Positions 10,750-19,246 of a stretch of DNA of 19,246 nt are shown here, in pieces. The notes below the pieces were generated by a model. That model searched no databases. It saw nothing but the letters and a program-made list of their open reading frames with translations, and was not told the DNA's origin. The translations under genes and the position numbers were made by a program. This DNA comes from Octopus sinensis (lineage: Eukaryota). The stretch lies in contig NW_021824498.1 of assembly GCF_006345805.1 (NCBI RefSeq), positions 1-19,246 on the forward strand, given 5' to 3'. Positions within the stretch are counted from its first letter, which is position 1. Each line of letters starts with the position of its first letter.

Positions 10750-11620
10750 GCAGCAACACCACCGCCACCGCCACCACCACCACCACCGCCACTACTACTA
10801 CCACCACCACCACCAGTATCACCACCAACATCACCACTACCACCACTACTACAACCACCAGTATCACCACCACCACTAACAAGAACAACAAAACTATCAC
10901 CACCACCACCACCACCACCACCACCACTACTACTACTACAACCACCAGTATCACCACCACCCCACCACCACCACCACCACTATCACCACCACTACCACTA
11001 CTACAACCACCAGTATCACCACCACCACCACCACTATCACCACCACTACCACTACTACAACCACCAGTATCACCACCACCACCACCACTATCACACCACT
11101 ACCACTACTACACCACCAGTATCACCACCACCCCACCACCACACCAACATCACCACTACCACCACCACCACCACCACACCACCACCACACCACCACCACC
11201 ACCACCACTATCACCACCACTACCACTACTACAACCACCAGTATCACCACCACCACCACCACCACCACCACTAACAAGAACAACAAAACTATCACCACCA
11301 CCACCACCTCCACCAACATCACCACTACCACCACCCACCACCACCACCACCACCACTATCACCACCACTACCACTACTACAACCACCAGTATCACCACCA
11401 CCACCACCACCACCACTAACAAGAACAACAAAACTATCACCACCACCACCACCTCCACCAACATCACCACTACCACCATCACGACCACCACTACAACTAC
11501 CAATAATATAATCACAACTACTACTACTACTACTACTACTACTGTCATCACCACTATTACTACCACAAATACTACCACCACGAACACCACCACCATTATT
11601 ACAATAATCGCCACCTACAT

Positions 11621-11669
<49 letters not shown>

Positions 11670-11885
11670 GCTACTACTACTACTACCATTCCTACTGCTG
11701 CTGCTACAGCCGCCGCCTCTGATATTATCGCTATCACTACCACGACGACGACACCCACCACCACCACCACCACTACCACCTTTACTATTACAACATCCAC
11801 TAATATTACCAGTGTTACTACCACGACCGCCACCACTACTAATAGAACCTCTACCACCACAGTACTACAGCCACCACCATCATCA
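10750..11885 (+). repeat. (CAC/ACT)n low-complexity array with an embedded modular minisatellite
   Basis: CCAGTATCACC occurs 8 times and ACTAACAAGAACAACAAAACTATCACC 3 times (10875, 11270, 11415). Explains the 400-aa poly-Thr ORF. Confidence 0.9.
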
Positions 11886-11927
11886 CTCTCTTACCTCATG
11901 CCATACATTTCTGTTTTATAAAGCCAT

Positions 11928-12328
11928 ATTCTTTTCTTTTCTACTCTAGGCAAAGGGCCTGGAATCTTTGGAGAGAGAGCCAGTCGATTAGATCGACTCC
12001 ACTACACAACTGGTACTTAATTTATCGACCCCCGAAAGGATGAAAGGCAAAGTCGACCTCGGCGGAATTTGAACTCAGAACGTAAAGACACACAAAATAT
12101 CTATTTCTTTACTACCCACAAGTGGCTAAACACAGAGAGGTGACAAGCAAGAACCGACAAAGGGATTACATCGATCCCAGTGTGTAACTGGTACTTAATT
12201 TATCGACCCCGAAAGGATGAAAGGCAAAATCGACCTCGGCGGAATTTGAACTCAGAACGTAACGGCAGACGAAATACGGCTACGCATTTCGCCCGGCGTG
12301 CTAACGTTTCTGCCAGCTCACCGCTTTG
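11928..12328 (-). mobile_element. Dimeric tRNA-derived SINE, family B (Meta/MESC-like central domain), with 10-bp TSD
   Basis: Minus-strand 5' monomer (12328-~12101) has GCGGTGAGCTGGCAGAAACG (A-box-like) and GAGTTCAAATTCC (B-box-like); the second monomer (~12100-11928) lacks the A-box. A shared ~78-nt block lies at 12008-12085 and 12186-12262 (1 indel, 1 substitution). ATAAAGCCAT occurs at 11918-11927 and 12329-12338. The domain name is from memory. Confidence 0.85.
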
Positions 12329-12369
12329 ATAAAGCCATTTTGAGATACTTTCACAGAATCAAATTCACA

Positions 12370-12735
12370 CTCGACCTTTATTCTCTAGAAAAACGCCGCC
12401 GCCGTGGTGATCTCATTCTCGCCCACAACATCATAAGCGGAAAGTGTAACCTCTCGAAAGAGCTGTTCTTCACTCCTGCTCCAGAGCGTCGGCTTGCGGG
12501 TCATCCGAAAAGCTCTACCTGCGACGATTTCATCTCAATCGAAGGAGAGGAGCTTTCTCCGTCCGTGGTTGGGATCCGTGGAACAAGCTGCCAGACGAGA
12601 TGGTGAAGATGCCGACGACCGCTTTGTTCAAAGCCTCCCTTGACCTCAAGTGGCCTGAACTCTTTACATGAACACCACCCTGTACTTAACTCCATGTCCC
12701 CCTACATGGCCTTGCTATTTGCTTTTGAGCCAAAT

Positions 12736-12770
<35 letters not shown>
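12370..12770 (+). mobile_element. CR1-clade LINE 3' end (ORF2 C-terminus, 3'UTR and (TAAC)n tail)
   Basis: LDLYSLEKRRRRGDLILAHNIISGKCNLSKELFFTPAPERRLAGHP, then a frameshift to KLYLRRFHLNRRRGAFSVRGWDPWNKLPDEMVKMPTTALFKASLDLKWPELFT* (TGA 12669-12671). This matches the CR1 SLExRRxRGDLI...GH..KL...WNxLP...FK..LD signature; (TAAC)n at ~12735-12770. Confidence 0.9.
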
Positions 12771-12771
<1 letters not shown>

Positions 12772-12828
12772 ACGAAGACACACACACACATATACAAACA
12801 TATGCAGATACACACATACGCATATACA

Positions 12829-13206
12829 TTATTCTTTTATTCTTTTACTTGTTTCAGTTATTTGACTGCGGCCATGCTGGAACCCTGCTTTAAAGAAGTT
12901 TTTAATTGAAGACATCGACCTCAGGACTTATTCTTTGTAAGCCTAATACATATTCTATTGATTTCTTATGCCGAACCGCTAGGCTACTGGGGCATAAACA
13001 CCAGCATCTGTTGACAAGCGATGATGGACACGCACACACGCACACACATATATGTATATATTCGACGGGCTTCTTTCAGTTTCCGTCTACCAAATCCACT
13101 CACAAGGCTATAGTAGAAGACACTTGCTCAAGGTGCCACGCGGTGGAACTGAACCCGGGACCACGTGGTTGGAAAGCAAGCTTCTTGCTACACCTCCACG
13201 ACTGCA
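12829..13206 (-). mobile_element. tRNA-derived SINE, family A copy 2
   Basis: Colinear with 6266-6685, e.g. shared CGACGGGCTTCTTTCAGTTTCCGTCTACCAAATC and TTGACTGCGGCCATGCTGGA; more diverged head. Confidence 0.85.
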
Positions 13207-13314
13207 CACCACAACACACACACACACACACATTTATATATACACACACACATACACACAATATATGTGTATGTGAGTATTGGTGTATATGTGTGTGAGC
13301 GCAGATCTTTGTTT

Positions 13315-13490
13315 TGGTTTGTCTCATCGTTTGCGAAACTGGGTTGGTTTGTTTGCGTTCCTGCCATTTAGCAGATCACCAGAAAGATATGACGGAACAT
13401 GTACGCGACTCAAACTTATGCACTGGGATCGATTCCATCCGAGTATGGCCACACTCCAATATATACATACAAATGACCACAAACTTCGAA
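13315..13490 (+). mobile_element. Highly degraded 3' half of a family A SINE, opposite orientation to copy 2
   Basis: 13440-13459 CGAGTATGGCCACACTCCAA matches the reverse complement of 12861-12880 at 15/20, and upstream motifs are in the expected order. Confidence 0.5.
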
Positions 13491-13504
13491 GTCACTACCA
13501 CCGT

Positions 13505-13611
13505 TTATCTATATATCTATTTATCCATCCATCCATCCATCCATCCATCCATCCATCCATCCATCTACCTACCTATCTACCTCTCTACCTCTCTACCTAC
13601 CTATCTACCTC

Positions 13612-13657
<46 letters not shown>

Positions 13658-13706
13658 CATCCATCCATCCATCCATCCATCCATCCATCCATCCATCCAT
13701 CCATCC

Positions 13707-13757
<51 letters not shown>

Positions 13758-13870
13758 CATCTATCTATCTGTGTGTGTGCATGTATGTGTGTGTATATGT
13801 ATATGCATAAATATACGTGGAAGTACACAAACACACACACACATATATATACGTATATACATATATACAT
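13505..13870 (+). repeat. (CCAT)n/(CTAT)n compound microsatellite plus (GT)/(CA)
   Basis: Read directly. Confidence 0.95.
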
Positions 13871-14961
13871 AAGCGACTGATGAAAATATTGCCTCTTTTG
13901 TTTTACTTCCATTTATTTCTAATTAACAATCATTTAATCATTTCAGATATCTTTGGGTGTACGTTTAAGTGGTTATATTTCAATCACTCATTATATTATA
14001 TATATACTATACATACATTATCATTAATTTAAAAAAAAGACGATGAAAAAACAAAAAGAAAAAAGAACAACACGAGGACATGGTATGTAAAGTACTAAAA
14101 GGCAGCCAGGGAAGGAAAGAATATATATGTAATATATATATGTGTGTGTGTGTGTATATATATATATGTGTGTGTGTGTGTAATATATATAATATATATA
14201 TATATATAAAACGGGAAGCTTTATGAAAATATAACAAATCGAAGACAGTGTGGAAAACAAACGAACAATTTATTAATATATATATGTATGTGTGTGGTGT
14301 GGTGTGTGTGATGTGTTGTGTGTGTGTGTGTGTGTGGTGTGTGTGTGTGTGTGTGGTGTGTGTGTGTGCGTGTATAGCGTGGTATTATTATATGTATCTA
14401 TGCACATCATTGATGTAATATGTATGTGTGTGAGTTTCGATTTTTTACTTCTTTTTATTCACCATTGTAAATGTACCACAGTGTTTAATACTCCTTTATC
14501 TGAATTCACTGTAACCGAAATCCCACGAAATCTAAAATCTTTTCCAGTAACAAGGGGCGGAACAAATGGGTAATTATAGAGAATATTCGAAACTTTTTTT
14601 CGTTTCTTTTTTCTGTTTGTTTTTGAGTAGCTGTTGTAGACCACATAATAAGAATAAAAATTGTTAAAAATAAAACCAAAAAGCTAAAATACGTTTGTGT
14701 TTCTATGTGGTTGACAGTCTAGAATGAACGTTGTGGATTTGTTCCGGGTGAAAAATGAAAGGTTCCCGGATTGAAACCATTGCGTGTCGTGTGAACTGGA
14801 CTAGCATCTAATTTATATGACAACATTCATGGTTTATTTTTAAGGTGAATTATGAGATAGAAATTTTTAGATATGAGTTTTGTGACTAAATTGTCTCATT
14901 TTATCGATCCAAATAAGGAATCATTCCGAAATCTGAAACATTTCGGTTCCCAAGTATTTCG

Positions 14962-15062
14962 TATGTATGTATGTATGTGTATGTATGTATGTATGTATGT
15001 ATGTATGTATGTATGTATGTATGTATGTATGTATGTATGTATGTATGTATGTATGTATGTAT
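14962..15062 (+). repeat. (TATG)n microsatellite
   Basis: Read directly; the same motif resumes at 15379-15417 after the SINE. Confidence 0.95.
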
Positions 15063-15074
15063 GCATGTATATTT

Positions 15075-15378
15075 GGAGACGCAATGGTCCAGAGGTTATG
15101 GCAGCGTACTCGCGGTTGGAGGATCGCGGTTTCGATTCCTAGACCGGGCGTTGTGTGTGTTTATTGAGCGAAAACACCTAAAAGCTCCACGAGGCTCCGG
15201 CAGCGGGGTGGCGATCGCTGTTGTACTCTTTCGCTGCAACTTTCTCTCACTCTCTCTTCCTGTTTCTCGAGTAACGCTGCGATGGACTGGCGTCCCGTCC
15301 AGCAGGGGGGAGCAACGCCACAGAAACCGTGCCCATGAGCCTGGCTAGGCTTGAAAAGGGCGCGTAAATAAAAAAAAA
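15075..15378 (+). mobile_element. tRNA-derived SINE, family C, with V-domain-like box and poly-A end
   Basis: TGGTCCAGAGG (A-box-like, 15085) and GGTTTCGATTCC (B-box-like, 15128-15139); CTGCGATGGACTGGCGTCCCGTCCAG (15277-15302) resembles the fish V-SINE core as I recall it; ends TAAATAAAAAAAAA. Confidence 0.75.
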
Positions 15379-16506
15379 TATGTATGTATGTATGTATGTA
15401 TGTATTTATGTATGTATGAATGAATGAATGAATGAATGCATGTACATGTTTCTCCTGTCTTAAATAATCTAAATTCTTATTCTGAAGGAGCTAGCTTCTA
15501 ACAAAGTCCATCTTTGGAATGTAGATAGCGAAAACAATGTCACATTTAAAAAAAAAGTCTTGCATAGCTTTACTGCTCCACTGACAGATTGTATTTGTAA
15601 CGTGCGAATCTGTTGGTTGATTTCTTTTTCTGAAAATCTAGGCTTATCCAGGCTGTATCTGTGTGGCTGGAAATAAGAACCTTTCAAAGATGTCTTATTA
15701 TTCAAGGAAATGAGAAAAATCGAATGATGACATCGACATCGTTACGCCTGGTGGGAATGTCTTTCCATGAGAGCTGCTCGTCGAAGAAGGTACACATTAC
15801 GACTTTCAACGCTGATGATTCATAGTGTGGAGAGACCACCTCGAAGAAGAGCTTCTTAGACCGAAAGATACTCAGTAATTCACTTAAACTTTGAGTGTGG
15901 CATGGTTTTGTCGAGAGCGAGTGGAGGCAAATTTCTTATTCATGTTTGCACTATACCACTTTTTAATACTTATTAACTTATTCAAGCATATAATATGATC
16001 CTTCTATACCATTCTCCACATCTTCATAAGTAAACGAACGTACACACATACAGACACATACGTGTGACTGTGTAGACGCATGTGTATGTGTGTGTGTTCA
16101 CATACATATATATATTTGTATATTATGTAATATATATATAATATATATACATATAATATATAAGTGCGTGTGCGTGTGTGTGTGTATGTGCATGTGTGTG
16201 CAAGCAATCAAGATTGAAGGATTATGAAGAATTAGGCCACTTCCGACTTGACTAATCCAAGTGCTGAAGAGCAGATTTATGAGTCTATAACACATAGTAA
16301 TGGTAAACTGATAGAACGGGCTTTTAAAATGGAGGGAAAATAAAATAAAAATGTAAAACCAAACAAATAAAATCAAAACAATTAAACCTGTAGGCGAATG
16401 GCGGCGAGTTGACAGAATATCTTCTTGTATTGAACTACCTCCCTTTAAATTGTACTTTCTGATTTCAAATCTCGATAAGATGATGTTGCTTTTGATAAAA
16501 TATATA

Positions 16507-17522
16507 CAGCTGAGAATCTCTTATCCGAAACTCCGTTTTCTCGGATTTCGGAGTACCTTTACATTTGTATCAATAAAATTGAACAGCTAGAAGATCCCAA
16601 GTATCTGTTTATATATTATAATATAGCTTATAGATATACCCTTAATTTAATTTTATATAAATGTGGTTTTATATCAGTTTTGAGGGAGCGAGGATACGTC
16701 ATCAATGACATCATTGTGATTTGGAAAGTGCTGTACGTTATCTTCATCCACCTACGAAATCGTATTATGATTAAAAGGTTAAAGATTTTGTATAAAAACA
16801 AAACAGAATTTGATTACAGGTAAATGCAATGAAAACTGAAAAGGTCAGCATTATCATATTTGCAATACAACAATAACGCTAGTGTTATTACAATGACGTC
16901 TGCCTCATTAACAAGGGTTTTCGTCGTAGCAGTCTCACTTTTGAATTTATAAGCCGACATGTTTTCTTGTGCTGTTATGAATTCACGCTGCTCTCGTCCT
17001 TCAATAAGTCCAACACACATCTTCACCGTGTTATCTATGGACACCTTTTCCACTGTGTTCACAATGTCTATCAGCGTTATAGACTTGTAATGTTAAATTT
17101 TCACACCAGCGACGATCTTGGCAAACTCATCAATGAATTCCTCCACAGCTTCGTGTCCAGCAGACACATTATCACCACAAATCTTTAAATATTTAAATAC
17201 CGTGTCCTTTCTTAAATTTCTGTAATCAGCCTGCTGAATATTGACTGCTGGCGCCAATAATCAGTTCGTCATGATAGAATTTTGCTCGTTTCATAATCAG
17301 CATTCCATTCAGCGGCATACGTTCATTCCGATGCTGACGAATCATTCCGATCGAAATTTTCATTTTTCATTTTACGCTCCATGTAATGTTTTTCTAGTTT
17401 TCGTTAACTTTTGCTCATCACTTTCCATATGGAATTTTAACAGCTTCTATGGTTGTTTCCTCAAATCGTTGATAGCCATTCTTCTAACACCAAACTCCTC
17501 AGCCAGATATGTCACACTTACA
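16507..17522 (-). mobile_element. Tigger/pogo DNA transposon, 3' part (internally deleted), terminus at 16507
   Basis: TA (16505-16506) followed by TIR CAGCTGAGAATCTCTTATCCGAAA; a decayed transposase lies on the minus strand at 16888-17522. Confidence 0.85.
16888..17522 (-). pseudogene. Decayed Tigger-type (Jerky/TIGD-like) transposase with CENP-B-type HTH; DDE domain deleted
   Basis: VSVTYLAEEFGVRRMAINDLRKQP*KLLKFHMESDEQKLTKTRKTLHGA* / IRQHRNERMPLNGMLIMKRAKFYHDELIIGASSQYSAG*LQKFKKGHGI / KYLKICGDNVSAGHEAVEEFIDEFAKIVA / ENLTLQVYNAD, joined directly to DIVNTVEKVSIDNTVKMCVGLIEGREQREFITAQENMSAYKFK / KPLLMRQTSL*. Multiple stops and frameshifts. Confidence 0.85.
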
Positions 17523-17867
17523 TGGAAAAGGATGCGTGGCGTTAGATCATATAATAATATAAATAATAGATAAATACATGCATATATCCATACGTATGTA
17601 CATACTACATATATATATATAATCATATATATATCTTATATATATATATATATTATATATATATGCATATATGGGACATATATGGGTACAGGACATCAAA
17701 AAACTCTTGAAGGTCATATCCTATCATGGCGCAGCTAGCTCAGTGACAGTTATTAAGTAAAAAATAAGATATACGTATATGTGTGAGTGCGCGCTTGTGT
17801 CTGTGCTTACTCAATATTTTCTAAATGCTTTTAATCCTACTTTGACCATACTGGGGTAAACCCAATA

Positions 17868-18467
17868 CAACTGAAAGCTATCAATCCAAAATTCCAAAAT
17901 CCGAAAACCTCCAAAATCCGGAAGTTTTTTGAATGCCAACGCAACTCGCCACAAATAGATAACTTCGCAAAGTGCTTGAAAGGTTCCACCAAGTACAGGC
18001 ACCGTATACCGTTATGACAGGTAACCTCACCTACCCTGGATGGATGGCTGGATGGGGTTTGGTGGCAGCTTATTGTCAGCAAGTGTCACAGTGACCTCCT
18101 CACTTGTTACTCATTGTGGTTACCGCCTGTTTTCTGCTTTGTGATGTGAAGATACTGTCGAAAATGTCGAAAAGATCTGGAGATACCCCAATGAGTAATA
18201 GCGGGTAGCTAGATAGAAACTCTGTATAAGAGATGGAGAGGGACTTTACTGAGGAGCTGTGTTTATCGTCAATTCAACATAGCTGTTCCGTAGGAGCTGA
18301 CGTTACTAAAATTTTAACCCTAGGAGGACGTCCCTTCTAGTTGGTTATCGATACAATCTGCGCCCGATATATATTGCATTACTTCTCAGTGGTAGAAAAT
18401 ATTTATGTTTATAGCATAGAATCTTAAATTGCTTGAAAATCTTGACAGAAGTGTAAGTGTGACGTAT
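17868..18467 (+). mobile_element. Tigger/pogo transposon 5' part, inverted relative to the rest of the element
   Basis: TA (17866-17867), then CAACTGAAAGCTATCAATCCAAAATTCCAAAATCCGAAAACCTCCAAAATCCGGAAG (Tigger4-like subterminal repeats). ATG at 18164 gives MSKRSGDTPMSNSG; 18391-18467 gives GRKYLCL / A*NLKLLENLDRSVSVTY, which continues into the VSVTYLAEE of the minus-strand part. Confidence 0.8.
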
Positions 18468-18516
18468 ATATAAATAATATATAGATATAATCATATATAC
18501 ATACATTACTTTTTTC

Positions 18517-18635
18517 AAGACTGGTACATATTCTGTGGATATCTTTTTTGCCGAACCGCTAAGTTACAGAGACATCAACGAACCAAAACCAGCTGTCAAG
18601 TGATAGGGTGGGTCAAACAGAGGCACAGACACACG
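18517..18635 (-). mobile_element. Internal fragment of a family A SINE, degraded
   Basis: TTTTGCCGAACCGCTAAGTTAC...GCTGTCAAG matches 6401-6452 (TTTTGCCGAAACGCTAAGTAAC...GGTTGTCAAG). Confidence 0.65.
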
Positions 18636-18695
18636 CACGGACACACACACACACACACACCCGCACGTGCATACACACACATACACGCTCGCACG

Positions 18696-18728
<33 letters not shown>

Positions 18729-18823
18729 CACACACAAATACGCATACATATGATATGTAATGTGTGTCAGTATGTATGTGAGCACCAACCAATTTTTTTC
18801 ATATTAAATTTCGAAATATTCGT

Positions 18824-19246
18824 AATCTACACCATCTGAAAGGTATTTACAGAAAATAACCACTTTCTGAAAGTTATGAGGAAACAAAGTGGACTCGTTT
18901 GGAATTATCCAGAATTTCTCTACCATCTCCACATTTGCCACAAATTAAGACATAATCAAAATCTACACCTTATTTGAAAAGCATTGGTTGAACATTTCAT
19001 TAAAAAATGCCCATTTTTCTGAAAATTATGAGGAAACAAATTCGTCTATTGTGAATTATCAGAAACTCATCAAGCCCACCCCTATCCCGAAAAATCTGTT
19101 CACAACAAAATCCAATAGATTCGGAATGTACACCATCTGAAAAATGTTTGCAGAGAATTTCGTTAAAAACAGGCAGTTTCTGAAAATTATGAGGAAATAA
19201 ATTCGACTTGTGTGAATTATCCTAAATACATCTACTACACACTCGG
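18824..19246 (+). repeat. Degenerate tandem repeat with a ~150-165 bp unit, 3 copies, runs off the window
   Basis: AAT(C/G)TACACC at 18824, 18960 and 19125; TTTCTGAAA(G/A)TTATGAGGAAA(C/T)AAA at 18864, 19016 and 19177; GAATTATC 37-38 nt downstream of each. Confidence 0.85.

Noticed and set aside
10719-11921. 400-aa Thr/Pro-rich mucin-like ORF, and overlapping 192-aa His/Pro ORF
   Set aside because: It lies wholly in a CAC/ACT repeat that is open in several frames on both strands; no signal peptide, domain or splice evidence.
12298-12606. 102-aa ORF as an intact gene
   Set aside because: Chimeric: starts in a SINE head, reads the CR1 ORF2 C-terminus, then leaves the true frame at a frameshift.
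15075-15146. tRNA gene calls for the SINE heads (also 6610-6685 and 12240-12328)
   Set aside because: A and B boxes are present but I cannot build an acceptor stem or cloverleaf, and each continues into a SINE body and tail.
16400-16418. GGCGGCGAGTTGACAGAAT, resembling the family B SINE head (similar at ~9431)
   Set aside because: Under 20 nt with no downstream body; too short to call.
17670-17760. Possible Penelope-like or tRNA-like fragment in the inversion spacer
   Set aside because: Only a vague resemblance from memory; no B-box, ORF or terminal structure.
17557-18499. Short direct AT repeats (ATATAAATAATA, ATATAATCATATATA) near both inversion breakpoints
   Set aside because: Pure low-complexity AT sequence; chance matches are likely.
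18824-19246. CRISPR-like repeat-spacer appearance
   Set aside because: Eukaryotic context, no cas genes, the conserved block is degenerate, the period is ~155 nt, and the linkers are partly homologous.

Overview
AT-rich, microsatellite-saturated eukaryotic non-coding DNA (intergenic or deep intronic). The SINE families and the extreme simple-repeat density match what I recall of coleoid cephalopod (Octopus) genomes; this assignment is from memory and unverified. I find no supportable host protein-coding gene, RNA gene or CRISPR array, and the long ORFs in the track are trinucleotide or tetranucleotide repeat artefacts. The window instead records layered mobile-element history. (1) A Tigger/pogo (Jerky/Tigger4-like) DNA transposon lacks its DDE domain and is split by a ~0.93 kb inversion, with a 15/16-nt inverted duplication at the breakpoints. 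(2) An RTE LINE fragment with an exact 8-bp TSD sits antisense just upstream of the C-terminal Cys knuckle of another LINE. (3) A head-to-tail SINE dimer is bracketed by a single 10-bp TSD. (4) Also present are a CR1 3' end, several tRNA-derived SINEs, a probable hAT MITE, a 59-nt fold-back hairpin and a ~155-bp tandem repeat running off the right edge. I did not find a convincing new biological system. The best leads are the inverted Tigger, the dimeric SINE and the nested LINEs.
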